This document shows, piece after piece, positions 37,372 through 47,479 of a DNA stretch of 64,000 nt. Both the position numbers and the translations under genes were made by a program. Numbering within the stretch: the first letter of the stretch is position 1; each line of letters begins with the position of its first letter. Under the pieces are notes generated by a model. That model ran no database searches. It had not been told where the DNA came from and worked only from the letters and a program-made list of their open reading frames with translations. Source of the stretch: a virus; IMG/VR virus record IMGVR_UViG_3300023184_000038, positions 64,001 to 128,000 of that record. One strand, 5' to 3'.

Positions 37372-38685
37372 ATGGCAACAGTAAATGCAACCGCTGTAAA
37401 AACAGCAACAGCAAAAACAACCGCTAATAAAACTTCACTGACAGTATTGAATGGTCAATCTGTTGCTGTGGTAATTGCATCGGTACCCTCTGAAAAGACT
37501 AAACTAGTGTGGCGTCCAAACCGTCAGAAGGTAAATATTAGTCAATTAGATAATGTCTTGGCTAAGACTAAATCTCAATTAAAGAACAAAAATGTCGTTG
37601 ACTTGACTAATGAAATTTCGGGTTACAAGAAGTTTCAAAATATTATTGCTTTCTTAAAGGCAAACAACATTAAATTTAAGGTTGTAGACATACCTAAATT
37701 TGAGAATCACAAACTCCGTGCTTTAATCATCCCTGAGGAAGTACAACGTCTATTAGATAAACCTCATTGTGCTAAAATCAGTAGCGGGTTTGATCCTCGC
37801 TTACTAAGCCCTATCTTTATTGTGCGACTGAAGGGCACTAATCAATTGCTGGTTATCGACAGTATGCACACATTAACTGTAGTTGGTTCATTTGCAAAAG
37901 AAGGTATTTGGGATAACGTTCCTGCAGATTGGCTTGACTTTGAATATCCATGCTGGGTAGTAGATACTGACCAAGAGAGTTTTTCTCTATTGGCTGGTCT
38001 CTATCGTAACGGTGAAGGTTCTAAGCCTTGGGACGAATTTGACTATCATCGTGTTCATGTTCGTAGCTATCGTTTGTATGGGGACAATGGTCTTAATGAC
38101 AAATACAAACTAGCTGCTGAGAAACAAACTCATTGTGAAAGTGAAGATACGATTCCAATGGCACCTAATCATCCTCATGCAGGTCGTGCCGGTACGTTGA
38201 CTCATATCAAGGCTTTGACTAGCTTTACTGATGATGATATGGATAAATTCAAATTCATTATTTCAACGAATAACAAATACTGGCATGGTTCAGAAGTGGA
38301 CTCGCAAGCATTTGGTTTCTATGGTCACTTGTATGCAGGACTAATGAATGGCAACGTGCCTATGAAGGGTAAAGCGTTTGATGAATTCATGAAGAATATT
38401 CATGCTATCGTTAAAACTTTCTTTGTTGGGTTTCCTGAGTTGCGTAGCATCACCGCAGAAACACACAAGGCATGGTTGAAGATTCAAGGCAAAGATGCAA
38501 AGACTCCACCTTATAACTGTGCATTAGCATTGGTACTTAAAATGTACAAGAAAATGCACGGTAAGCACTTGGTTACTACTGATGTAAGTGATTTCATTTA
38601 TACACCAGCACCGGGAATCACGCATGATATCTATGATTCTCTTCCGCTGAATATTCGTCAGAATGTCGGTAACTACACTCTCTAA
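37372..38685 (+). CDS. hypothetical protein with divergent ParB/Srx-like domain
   Basis: VQRLLD...FDPRLLSPIFI...VIDSMHT pattern. Confidence 0.55.
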   Translation: MATVNATAVKTATAKTTANKTSLTVLNGQSVAVVIASVPSEKTKLVWRPNRQKVNISQLDNVLAKTKSQLKNKNVVDLTNEISGYKKFQNIIAFLKANNIKFKVVDIPKFENHKLRALIIPEEVQRLLDKPHCAKISSGFDPRLLSPIFIVRLKGTNQLLVIDSMHTLTVVGSFAKEGIWDNVPADWLDFEYPCWVVDTDQESFSLLAGLYRNGEGSKPWDEFDYHRVHVRSYRLYGDNGLNDKYKLAAEKQTHCESEDTIPMAPNHPHAGRAGTLTHIKALTSFTDDDMDKFKFIISTNNKYWHGSEVDSQAFGFYGHLYAGLMNGNVPMKGKAFDEFMKNIHAIVKTFFVGFPELRSITAETHKAWLKIQGKDAKTPPYNCALALVLKMYKKMHGKHLVTTDVSDFIYTPAPGITHDIYDSLPLNIRQNVGNYTL

Positions 38686-39115
38686 TCACGGGTGGTTCTA
38701 TAACATTATCCAAGCACAAACTCTTGTGCTTGGATATGGTATTACACTCAGGGATCTACCCGTTGACAGATTGTTAGAATATTCTAACCACGTTGCGGCT
38801 GCACAACAGTTTTGTAATTTATATTATGGTGATGTTCATCAGATTAAAGATTTAGAACGATACGTTAAAAAACAATGGGCAGAATATAGACTTGAACTAA
38901 GCAATGATAAACTAGAATGGTTAGATCCAGTACATGGAATTAACCTCAAGGATCTAGAAAATTTTGTTGCTGATAGAATCATCAATTACCCATATGACAC
39001 TATCAGAAAAGTAAAGTCAAAGTTTCTCCCGTTTACTATTAATAACCCACTACTGTTCTCTAACATCAATTCCAATCCTGATATGTTTTTGGAAGAGGTC
39101 AAGTTGACAAAATAA
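38663..39115 (+). CDS. hypothetical, possibly degenerate GIY-YIG/T5orf172-like
   Basis: FYNII...GYGIT...DRLLEYS...LE pattern. Confidence 0.45.
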   Translation: MSVTTLSNHGWFYNIIQAQTLVLGYGITLRDLPVDRLLEYSNHVAAAQQFCNLYYGDVHQIKDLERYVKKQWAEYRLELSNDKLEWLDPVHGINLKDLENFVADRIINYPYDTIRKVKSKFLPFTINNPLLFSNINSNPDMFLEEVKLTK

Positions 39116-39132
39116 TTTTATTATGCTATACT
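39104..39132 (+). promoter_or_regulatory. sigma70-type promoter
   Basis: TTGACA-17 nt-TATACT. Confidence 0.8.
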
Positions 39133-39138
39133 ACTGAT

Positions 39139-40134
39139 ATGAAATACGCACTAATAGATACCGCAAATACCTTCTTCCGTGCTAGGCACATTGCATCACG
39201 CAATAGTACTGCGGAAGAAAAAGTAGCGATGGCCTTACATCTTACATTGGCTAGCACAAATCAAATTGTGCGTAAGTTCCAAATTGACCATGTGGCTTTT
39301 TTATTGGAGGGAAAATCGTGGAGAAAATCCTACTATGCTCCGTATAAAAGGAATCGTGTTGTAGATACAATGTCTCAAACAGAGGCAGAGGTTGAAGAAA
39401 ACACCATGTTTTGGCAAACATATGACACCTTCACGACCTGGCTCAAAGAGAAGACAAACACAAGTGTCTTGCGTGATCCAAACGCTGAGGCTGATGACTT
39501 GATTGCACGTTTTATACACTTGCATCCAGAAGATGAACATTTCATTATCAGTAGCGATACTGACTTTCTACAATTAATTGGTCCAAACGTAAAACAGTAC
39601 AACGGTATTACAAATGAATTAATTACACTTGAGGGCTACCTGAAGGATAATGGTAAGCCTGTATTAAATAAAGAAAAGAAACCTAAACTACTTGAGGATC
39701 CACAATATATACTATTCCGGAAATGCATGAGGGGAGATTCAACCGACAATGTGTTCAGTGCTTTTCCCGGGGTGCGTGAGAAAGGTAGCAAAAATAAAGT
39801 TGGATTGATTGAGGCATACGCTGATAGAACTAAGCAAGGCTATGCGTGGAACAATATGCAATTGCAGCATTGGCAGGACCACAATGGTGTGGAACACCGT
39901 GTGCGTGACGACTATGAACGAAATCGCAAATTAATTGATCTTACCGCTCAACCCGATGATATTAAACTGTCAGTAGATACAAACATTCGTGAAGGTGTTC
40001 GTAGAACTACTACCCCGCAAGTTGGTATTCACTTGATGAAGTTTGCTGGAAAATATGAATTGAATAAAATTGCTGATAATGCTGATACCTATGCAAGGTG
40101 GCTTAATAGCCCATATCAAGGAGTACTAAAATGA
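39139..40134 (+). CDS. rnh: 5'-3' exonuclease / T4 RNase H-like flap endonuclease
   Basis: LIDTAN, WRKSYYAPYKRNR, EADDLIA, SSDTDFLQL, GDSTDNV. Confidence 0.9.
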   Translation: MKYALIDTANTFFRARHIASRNSTAEEKVAMALHLTLASTNQIVRKFQIDHVAFLLEGKSWRKSYYAPYKRNRVVDTMSQTEAEVEENTMFWQTYDTFTTWLKEKTNTSVLRDPNAEADDLIARFIHLHPEDEHFIISSDTDFLQLIGPNVKQYNGITNELITLEGYLKDNGKPVLNKEKKPKLLEDPQYILFRKCMRGDSTDNVFSAFPGVREKGSKNKVGLIEAYADRTKQGYAWNNMQLQHWQDHNGVEHRVRDDYERNRKLIDLTAQPDDIKLSVDTNIREGVRRTTTPQVGIHLMKFAGKYELNKIADNADTYARWLNSPYQGVLK

Positions 40135-40150
40135 TTTTTGTAGTGGAAGC

Positions 40151-40396
40151 ATGAACGAAGTACAGTACAAAGCACATGAAGAATGGGCCAAGCAGAGAGT
40201 AGAAATTGCCGAGCGTGAGACAGATCAGGCTTTGCATTTGGTTGCAATGGCGCATTTGAATTTAATACAACATCTCAATTACGGGTTTGACCCAAAGACT
40301 GCACATAGCACCTTGATCAGTGTGGGTCAAATATACCCTAAACTAAAAGTAAAGATGGATGAATTAACTTGGGAATTAGAGAATAAAAACGTTTGA
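40151..40396 (+). CDS. hypothetical protein
   Basis: 81-aa ORF. Confidence 0.5.
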   Translation: MNEVQYKAHEEWAKQRVEIAERETDQALHLVAMAHLNLIQHLNYGFDPKTAHSTLISVGQIYPKLKVKMDELTWELENKNV

Positions 40397-40481
40397 TATT
40401 GGCACAAGATAATTTGACCAAACTTCTTGTTTTATATCCTAAAATGATATATAATAGTAGAATATTATAAGGAGAACTATC

Positions 40482-41324
40482 ATCGCACAACATACACACT
40501 ACTGGAGTTGCAGTCCTTTTGCAGATTGGATTCGTGGTACTAAAAAACTTAGTTCCGGAACAACCGAAGAATGGGATAACTGGACAACTCGGGCTCAAAT
40601 AAAACACAATTTTCGCTACTGGTTGGCTGAGGAAGCACTTGGACATATCCAAGATTTTGTAACATGGCCTGTAAGGACTCTATATGATATCAAATACTAC
40701 ATTAACAACCGTTGGGTTACTCGTACTAATAGTCTTACCGCTCATCCCCGGGATATTAAGCCGGGTAAATGGCAGGACGTGGGGAACCGCTTTTTGCCTT
40801 GCCTATTCAATGAGTTGGTGGATTTTGTTGAGATAGAAACTGCATGGAGCCACATTGCTTGGGGTAGTAAAGAAGATCGTGCTAAATATAATCCTCCATT
40901 CTATGCTACGGGTTGGTTCCGTTGGAGAACATGGCGTAGTCCTCAAGCCGGACTAGATCATCTTGATTGGGCAATGACACTTACTAATGTAGAATGGTTA
41001 GCCGAAGATAAAAAAGGTGAGGCAGTGCTAACCAGTCAGGCAATTTCAGCAAAAGAAATCAAAGAACTTTATATATGGTGGACCACTGTATATCACAATC
41101 GTCCAGATCCTATGGATGCAAGTGGTTGGAGTGATCACTGTGAAGCCATGCGGTTGAAATTTCCCGGCAGTTTCTTTTCCAGTTTAAACAGTAAAGATCC
41201 AGAAGATAAAAAAGCCAGTGATAAAGCGCATAAACTTATGCAAAAAATTGAAAAAGCCTACGAAAAAGAAGATACTGAAATGCTGATTCGTTTAATTAAA
41301 GCCAGAGATAGTTTGTGGACTTGA
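40482..41324 (+). CDS. Trp-rich hypothetical protein, probable non-canonical ATC start
   Basis: frame is open 47 codons upstream of the TTG at 40623; AGGAG at 40470-40474 lies 7 nt before ATC. Confidence 0.6.
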   Translation: MAQHTHYWSCSPFADWIRGTKKLSSGTTEEWDNWTTRAQIKHNFRYWLAEEALGHIQDFVTWPVRTLYDIKYYINNRWVTRTNSLTAHPRDIKPGKWQDVGNRFLPCLFNELVDFVEIETAWSHIAWGSKEDRAKYNPPFYATGWFRWRTWRSPQAGLDHLDWAMTLTNVEWLAEDKKGEAVLTSQAISAKEIKELYIWWTTVYHNRPDPMDASGWSDHCEAMRLKFPGSFFSSLNSKDPEDKKASDKAHKLMQKIEKAYEKEDTEMLIRLIKARDSLWT

Positions 41325-41325
41325 T

Positions 41326-41775
41326 ATGAAAAAGATATACTATGAAAAGATTGGGCGCAGGTATGTCCCTGTTAGTGAATACAACAGTGAATACTTTGAC
41401 AGTTTTTCAAAAGGCAATCATTTGGTCATGTGCTATCCCGGCGGGCAAAGTCGTAGATACAACATTGACCCTAACTATGCTGCTATGATTGCTGCAGGAA
41501 GAGTAGCCGCGGATGAAATTACTCGTGCTATACACCTGGCTAGTGAACTTAAACCGCAATCAACTCCTATCACTGAAGGTCAGCGTAAGGCTTGGAATAA
41601 ATTATCTAAAGAGTTTGGCGATGACCGGTTTGCTTTGCAGCATGGTAGTGCCAGAGATTTAGCAGAAGCTGGGGTGAATACTATGATGATAGAAGCAGAT
41701 AAATTAATGACTAACCCTGCTGTAAAGAAAGCCTACGACCATTTCTTATTAGTTGCTGAATTAACAAAGGATTAA
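41326..41775 (+). CDS. hypothetical phage protein
   Basis: 149-aa ORF. Confidence 0.6.
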   Translation: MKKIYYEKIGRRYVPVSEYNSEYFDSFSKGNHLVMCYPGGQSRRYNIDPNYAAMIAAGRVAADEITRAIHLASELKPQSTPITEGQRKAWNKLSKEFGDDRFALQHGSARDLAEAGVNTMMIEADKLMTNPAVKKAYDHFLLVAELTKD

Positions 41776-41777
41776 AA

Positions 41778-42134
41778 ATGACTACTCAAATACCTGTACA
41801 GGGAATCATGTTAGATGCTGACTATGGCCAAAGCAAATCTTACACTATTGCTTGCGATTGTCACGACGGTGATCATCAGGTGCATATGTGGATAGAACTA
41901 GATAGTGAACAAGATATTAACTTGGTTAATATGACATTCTATGTCAACACCACTACTCCATTTTGGAAACAAGGGTTTAGTCGTTTTAAAGCTGCATGGG
42001 ATATTCTTGTACACGGATATAGAGAAGATCAACACACATTACTATTAAGCAAACAAGCAGCATTGAATGTTGCAAATACCATTACTCAAGTGGTAAAGGA
42101 GTTAGAAACTCATGACAACTCTAAAAATGAATAA
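41778..42134 (+). CDS. hypothetical protein
   Basis: 118-aa ORF with AAGGA SD. Confidence 0.6.
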   Translation: MTTQIPVQGIMLDADYGQSKSYTIACDCHDGDHQVHMWIELDSEQDINLVNMTFYVNTTTPFWKQGFSRFKAAWDILVHGYREDQHTLLLSKQAALNVANTITQVVKELETHDNSKNE

Positions 42135-42312
42135 TCTATGCTGCCAACTACCAAAATCATATTCGGAAGAGTATGATTGTTACTTTTGCGAATCGTGTAA
42201 TACATGGTCAGAAGATAAGTGTGATGATATCAACTGTGAATATTGTATTAATAGACCAGTATTTCCAAACGACTATCATCACGTTCAGGTAAACAAAGGA
42301 GTAGAATCATGA
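42112..42312 (+). CDS. small Cys-rich (zinc-binding) protein
   Basis: CYFCESC...KCDDINCEYC. Confidence 0.55.
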   Translation: MTTLKMNNLCCQLPKSYSEEYDCYFCESCNTWSEDKCDDINCEYCINRPVFPNDYHHVQVNKGVES

Positions 42313-42704
42313 TTAATTCAGAAGAATTAAGTGAATTAGCCAAAGCAACCATAGCAGCGAGTATATGGAGACCAGACAGTGTTACAGATGAGCCGGAAGT
42401 TAAGCTATCACAATGGAGAGTATACTTAGTAAAAGCTGATATAGACTCTACAGGAGATACTATTCATTTTGTGGGGGCTGCGGGATATCGCTATAGTGAG
42501 GGCAGGGTATGTAGTCCGGTACAGACATATGACCCTACTACCAAAAAAGGTATAACCCGTAGCGGCAGAATATATGAATTAGTTGGGCCATCTGGACACA
42601 ATCGTGATGCATTGTATGTATGGAATCGTTGGTTAGCCAGATTTAATCCAATTCCAGAAATAGTTGATTTGACTGACACATACAGTAATAACAGTAATGC
42701 CTAG
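42309..42704 (+). CDS. hypothetical protein
   Basis: HFVG...GRVCS...TRSGRIYELVG motif. Confidence 0.6.
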   Translation: MINSEELSELAKATIAASIWRPDSVTDEPEVKLSQWRVYLVKADIDSTGDTIHFVGAAGYRYSEGRVCSPVQTYDPTTKKGITRSGRIYELVGPSGHNRDALYVWNRWLARFNPIPEIVDLTDTYSNNSNA

Positions 42705-42945
42705 TCTAGCAGAATATTTTGAAAAAAATAGATATAAATCTAAATTTGAATTTATGGCTAGGGTAACTGGATTACATAATAAAATTAGATGGGTTGGCAG
42801 TGTGGGTAACGATACGATTATTAGTGAAGCCGAAGGCCCGGTCTTACATATTTTATTAGATTTGCCATTAAAAATTAATGGAGTATATCAATATATTTTA
42901 GTAACTAAACATACAACCGTTAAACGATTAATAGAAATAAAATGA
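42697..42945 (+). CDS. hypothetical protein
   Basis: 82-aa ORF. Confidence 0.55.
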   Translation: MPSLAEYFEKNRYKSKFEFMARVTGLHNKIRWVGSVGNDTIISEAEGPVLHILLDLPLKINGVYQYILVTKHTTVKRLIEIK

Positions 42946-43232
42946 TTAATTTTAATTTTCATATAACAAATCCTTTTAGTAAAAGGTGGGATATACTTAG
43001 TAGTAAGCATGGCAATATAACCAAAAATAAAGCATGGGAGATAAACAGTTATGCTACCTCTGCAATACTATCTGTAACTTTTGAAGTTTTAATGTGTTCT
43101 GACCATGCAGGGATACGTTTACAATTTGGATTACTAGGATATGAGATAGAATTACATATATATGATTCTCGGCATTGGAACTATACTACCAACACTTGGG
43201 AAACTGAGGCAACATTAAAGGAATATAAATGA
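42942..43232 (+). CDS. hypothetical protein
   Basis: 96-aa ORF. Confidence 0.55.
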   Translation: MINFNFHITNPFSKRWDILSSKHGNITKNKAWEINSYATSAILSVTFEVLMCSDHAGIRLQFGLLGYEIELHIYDSRHWNYTTNTWETEATLKEYK

Positions 43233-43684
43233 CAAAAAACGCATTAATAGCCAAGCCTATTGTTAAGAATCAATTTTGGATTATTACCAATGGTAAAGAA
43301 AAAGTAGGAAATGTACTAGCAAACGGATCCGGATTTGAATTGAAACTTAACGGTAATAAAACTCAATTTAAAAATACAAATGCTATTGCTAAAAAGGCAA
43401 ATATTGAATTCACCTCATCAAAAATTAATAAGGTATCTTCAGAAGTTAAATTCTCTAAATATCCCACAACTAACCGGGTGTTTAATTCTATATTAGATAT
43501 TAAAAGAAAACTGCATATATATACTAAAACACAAAAAAGTAAATGTTATTATGCAGCCGGATGGTATTCTATTAAACAAAACACAGAATATACTACTATA
43601 TTCTGTCCAAAATATATTTTTATACAAAGATATCCATATTATGGCCCGTTTATGAATGCTGATGATGTAAAAATTGATAAATAA
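43229..43684 (+). CDS. hypothetical phage protein
   Basis: 151-aa ORF. Confidence 0.6.
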   Translation: MTKNALIAKPIVKNQFWIITNGKEKVGNVLANGSGFELKLNGNKTQFKNTNAIAKKANIEFTSSKINKVSSEVKFSKYPTTNRVFNSILDIKRKLHIYTKTQKSKCYYAAGWYSIKQNTEYTTIFCPKYIFIQRYPYYGPFMNADDVKIDK

Positions 43685-43687
43685 TTG

Positions 43688-43891
43688 ATGAATAATTTAA
43701 AGAACTTTATTGATAAAGTTTCCTATGTAGAATCAAGACAGGGTAAAACTTTGGCGTTATCTATAACTGAAGCCAGAGCGTTGCGTGATGATTTATCTAA
43801 ATTGTTATTAGATACATATGAAGTTGGACAACACAAAGTAAGTTTGCCGGAACCTACCTTTCAAGTGGAATTAATAGGTAGGAAATTTTAA
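43688..43891 (+). CDS. hypothetical protein
   Basis: 67-aa ORF. Confidence 0.55.
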   Translation: MNNLKNFIDKVSYVESRQGKTLALSITEARALRDDLSKLLLDTYEVGQHKVSLPEPTFQVELIGRKF

Positions 43892-44191
43892 ATGTCACGA
43901 ACGCAACCAAAAATACTAATTGAGTTAGTAGATAAAATCACATATAAATGTGATCAAATTGTTGAGGCGGCCGGCATATGGGCAGTATTTTATGATGCCC
44001 AACCAATAAATTTAAAATCTCAACATTATTTAGATAGCGAAGCTACTCCAAAATATAAAAAGACAAGTTTTTCTAATCCTGGCCATGCAAGGAATTTATG
44101 TCGTAAATTAAATTTGCAGTTTAAGACGAATAAATTTTCTGTAGTGTTTATGAATTCAGGTACCCGGGTATATCCCGATGACCAACCGTAA
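43892..44191 (+). CDS. hypothetical phage protein
   Basis: 99-aa ORF (KYKKTSFSNPGHA). Confidence 0.6.
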   Translation: MSRTQPKILIELVDKITYKCDQIVEAAGIWAVFYDAQPINLKSQHYLDSEATPKYKKTSFSNPGHARNLCRKLNLQFKTNKFSVVFMNSGTRVYPDDQP

Positions 44192-44588
44192 GACACTAAA
44201 AGAAACTATTACTTCCGCTGTTGTATTACAACTGCCAAATACTTATTCGGATTTCAACGGTATTCCGGTAGATAAATTATTATTTAAATGGTGGTTTACC
44301 GGACGATCAGATGGGTTACGACTTACTGAGTTTGGCGATTCTATGTTTAGATTAGCAGAAATTGAATGTTATACAGTTGATTTTCAACGAAGAACAGACA
44401 TGTCGGACCATGCATATATGTTGGAACTTACTAAAAAAATTAAATGTCCATATTATTTGGGAGTAAATAAGAGTGAAGATAAAAAGAAAATCCCCTATAT
44501 CAAATTATATGATAGTAAAATTGCAATGCTTATTAGTTTATACGGAACTCTAGTAGAATACTTAGATTCAATAAAGGTAAAATCATGA
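44178..44588 (+). CDS. hypothetical phage protein
   Basis: 136-aa ORF. Confidence 0.6.
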   Translation: MTNRKTLKETITSAVVLQLPNTYSDFNGIPVDKLLFKWWFTGRSDGLRLTEFGDSMFRLAEIECYTVDFQRRTDMSDHAYMLELTKKIKCPYYLGVNKSEDKKKIPYIKLYDSKIAMLISLYGTLVEYLDSIKVKS

Positions 44589-44758
44589 CCGAAGAAAAGA
44601 AAAGCAAAAATCCATTCATAGCAATGGCACAAGAAGCTAAAAAGAAAAACACAGTTAGTCCTGGATTAGGTAAGGCTACTAAACAACAAGGACCTAAAGT
44701 AAACACTAAGGGCTTTGGTAAATCCTCAGTTATGCGTAGAACTGGGCGAGGAGGATAA
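44585..44758 (+). CDS. small basic protein (not in ORF track)
   Basis: 57-aa MTEEKKSKNPF...RRTGRGG, ATGA overlap. Confidence 0.5.
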   Translation: MTEEKKSKNPFIAMAQEAKKKNTVSPGLGKATKQQGPKVNTKGFGKSSVMRRTGRGG

Positions 44759-44844
44759 ATATTGTGTCAACGAATATGACAGCATCCGCGTTGTATATAT
44801 ATAGAGTAATTGTCTCTATTCATTTAACTTAAAAGGAACAAAAA

Positions 44845-45180
44845 ATGAAACTAGTACTAGCATTAATCGCATCTTTAGGGATTGCATCCGCTTTCGCACA
44901 AACAGCCGCACCCGCTGCGGCCCCGGCCAAGAAAGAAGAAGCTAAAAAGACTCCAGCCGACAAGGTTGAGGCAACGGCACCAGCCGCGGCTAAACCAGTA
45001 GCAGCACCGGCAGCAGCAAAATGTGATCCTGTTAAAGATAAGGATTGCAAAGAAGTAAAAATGGCTAAGAAAAAAGAAGCAGATAAAAAACCCGAAGCAA
45101 AAGCTGCGGATGTTAAGCCTGCAAAAAGTGATGCCAAAGAGCCAGCAAAGGCTGCTGATAGCACTCCGGTTAAAAAATAA
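44845..45180 (+). CDS. secreted Ala/Lys/Pro-rich protein
   Basis: signal peptide MKLVLALIASLGIASAFA; low-complexity mature part. Confidence 0.7.
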   Translation: MKLVLALIASLGIASAFAQTAAPAAAPAKKEEAKKTPADKVEATAPAAAKPVAAPAAAKCDPVKDKDCKEVKMAKKKEADKKPEAKAADVKPAKSDAKEPAKAADSTPVKK

Positions 45181-45386
45181 TCAGGTAGTAGAAGAAGAAG
45201 ATGATGATACAAATGGACCTGACAATGTATATATTGCTACTGCATATAAACGACCTAAAAATAGTTTGATTACGATATCGGAAGATGACGTTGAACTAAC
45301 TGAATATGTAAAAACAAGATTATTAATAGCCAGGGCATTTGCTATCAAAAAATATCAAGCGAAAAGAAATGAAAATTTCTCGATAG

Positions 45387-45422
45387 GATAAATAGATATG
45401 AAGTTAGGGTTCTTCTTAAAAA
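45387..45422 (+). repeat. 36-bp direct repeat (left), includes GATAAATA
   Basis: GATAAATAGATATGAAGTTAGGGTTCTTCTTAAAAA; 35/36 identical to 46844-46879. Confidence 0.9.
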
Positions 45423-45443
45423 CCCACCTTTAAGGAATGTTTA

Positions 45444-46841
45444 ATGTCGGACCAAGATAGAATACATAAAGTAATTTCTATTACAAATACTATAAGTCCA
45501 ACGTTTTGCTTTGCCAAATGGCATCATTCTACTATATATTTACATACACAAAAAACACATAGTTGTTATCATCCCGCTCCGCATGCAATTCCCATAACAG
45601 AATTAATTGAAAACCCAGCAGCATTGCATAATACGCAACAAAAAAAAAATGAACGCAAATTGATGCTGGATGGTGTCAGCCCCAATGGGTGCCAATATTG
45701 TCAAAACATTGAGGCAATTGGTCCTGACTATATTAGTGACCGGCATATTAAAAATGCAATATATTACACTCCCGACCGTCAATTAGAAATTACTAATGGA
45801 AATTGGAATAATAATATTAATCCTGCATACATTGAGGTAGCATTTAGCAATGAGTGTAATTTTAAATGTGGATATTGTAGTCCAGAGTCTAGTTCTAGTT
45901 TTTACAATGAACTTAAAAAATTTGGACCATATTATATGTCAGCCAATCATACACTAAGTTTGGATAATACATTTGTTCAAATAGAAAATAAAAATACATA
46001 CATTGATTCTTGGTGGAAATGGTGGCCGGAAATGTCAACCACTCTTAAAACTCTACGAATTACCGGAGGTGAACCATTATTACATAAAAGCACATGGAAT
46101 TTATTTGATAAATTAATAAAAGATCCAAAACCTGAATTAGAGTTAAACTTAAATAGTAACTTTGGAGTAAAATCTATTATAGTTGACAAATTAATTGAAA
46201 ACGTAAATTTACTTAAAGAGACTAAATCCATTAAACAATTTAAATTATTTTCTAGCATGGATACATGGGGTACTAGGGCCGAATATATCCGTACAGGATT
46301 AGACTTAACCTTATGGGAACAGAATCTGGATACTTTTATTAGAAATACCCATTCTGAAGTTTCAATAATGTGTACGTTTAATATATTAAGTGTTACTTCA
46401 TTTATTTCTTTTTTACAAAAAGTATTGGACTGGCGCACTACATATAACTCTATAATTAAGGTTGACCGCAGCGGCCGGCCTAATTATAGAAAAATAAGAT
46501 TTGATACTCCTTATCTAAAAGAACCAATCCAATATGATATGCACCTTTTACCAAAAGAAGAATTTCTTTATTATTTTGATAATATAGTAGATTTTATCAA
46601 GTGTAATCTAGATGAAGAAGATATTACAAAATTTTCAAATATGGAATATGAAAAGTTTCGAAGGGTGCGTGATTACTTTGCCACAGTACAATACAATACC
46701 GATAAACTAGTAGAAGGACGAACGTGCTTTTATAAATGGTTTACAGAATATGACCTTAGAAGAAATACTAACTTATTGACAGTATTTCCGGAAATGACAG
46801 ATTTTTATACACAATGTAAAAATCAAGATAATATCACCTAA
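45444..46841 (+). CDS. radical SAM protein with N-terminal Cys-rich (twitch/SPASM-like) domain
   Basis: CNFKCGYC (CxxxCxxC), ITGGEPLL; N-terminal CFAKW...SCYH...GCQYC. Confidence 0.85.
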   Translation: MSDQDRIHKVISITNTISPTFCFAKWHHSTIYLHTQKTHSCYHPAPHAIPITELIENPAALHNTQQKKNERKLMLDGVSPNGCQYCQNIEAIGPDYISDRHIKNAIYYTPDRQLEITNGNWNNNINPAYIEVAFSNECNFKCGYCSPESSSSFYNELKKFGPYYMSANHTLSLDNTFVQIENKNTYIDSWWKWWPEMSTTLKTLRITGGEPLLHKSTWNLFDKLIKDPKPELELNLNSNFGVKSIIVDKLIENVNLLKETKSIKQFKLFSSMDTWGTRAEYIRTGLDLTLWEQNLDTFIRNTHSEVSIMCTFNILSVTSFISFLQKVLDWRTTYNSIIKVDRSGRPNYRKIRFDTPYLKEPIQYDMHLLPKEEFLYYFDNIVDFIKCNLDEEDITKFSNMEYEKFRRVRDYFATVQYNTDKLVEGRTCFYKWFTEYDLRRNTNLLTVFPEMTDFYTQCKNQDNIT

Positions 46842-46843
46842 AT

Positions 46844-46879
46844 GATAAATAGATATGAAGTTAGAGTTCTTCTTAAAAA
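46844..46879 (+). repeat. 36-bp direct repeat (right)
   Basis: GATAAATAGATATGAAGTTAGAGTTCTTCTTAAAAA. Confidence 0.9.
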
Positions 46880-46909
46880 TTCAACACTAACACACACAGA
46901 AGAAAAAAT

Positions 46910-47095
46910 ATGTTAAACCAATTAGCAGGTTATTTTCATAACCTATTCAATAAATTCGGCAGGCCCCAGACTTATGGCTCTGCACTAGAAGAATATATAG
47001 TAAGCCATTCCCCAAAAAATACATGTGACATAGATCGGTTGATCCATCAATTTGAAATTTCTCAAAAGAAAAATACCGGGAGATTATGGTTGTGA
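46910..47095 (+). CDS. small protein, DUF3563-like
   Basis: LEEYIV...DIDRLIHQFE pattern. Confidence 0.5.
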   Translation: MLNQLAGYFHNLFNKFGRPQTYGSALEEYIVSHSPKNTCDIDRLIHQFEISQKKNTGRLWL

Positions 47096-47193
47096 CTTAC
47101 TAGTGACTAGTTACTGACGAAGAATGGGAGAGGTTGAATTACCCTGAAAAATTTCAACCCAAAACTAAATAACATACATTCAAAGGATCCATT

Positions 47194-47439
47194 ATGTTTA
47201 CACCTGATTTTTATATTGATTTACTACAATCCTCAAAAAGGATGGCAACTAATCAAATTTACAAAGACGAGAGATTAAATAAGGTTGCCAACAACTTTAT
47301 AGATGCCCAAACAGTCTTTGCAAAGATGATGGTAAAGAATACAATAGAGATGTTGTCTTATGCTGCGGACAGCATGAGCAAAACAATTTATCCTCATAGT
47401 GAGGATGAAACAGTCAAGGTAAAGACTGAGAAAAAATAA
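47194..47439 (+). CDS. small amphipathic helical protein (phasin-like?)
   Basis: 81 aa, FIDAQTVFAKMM. Confidence 0.5.
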   Translation: MFTPDFYIDLLQSSKRMATNQIYKDERLNKVANNFIDAQTVFAKMMVKNTIEMLSYAADSMSKTIYPHSEDETVKVKTEKK

Positions 47440-47479
47440 GCCAGTTCACACACACCGACATTAACACAAGGAGAATAAT

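Noticed and set aside
47086-47172. Possible small ORF interrupted by TAG-TGA (readthrough)
   Set aside because: Too short to support; more likely a decayed mini-ORF or non-coding DNA.
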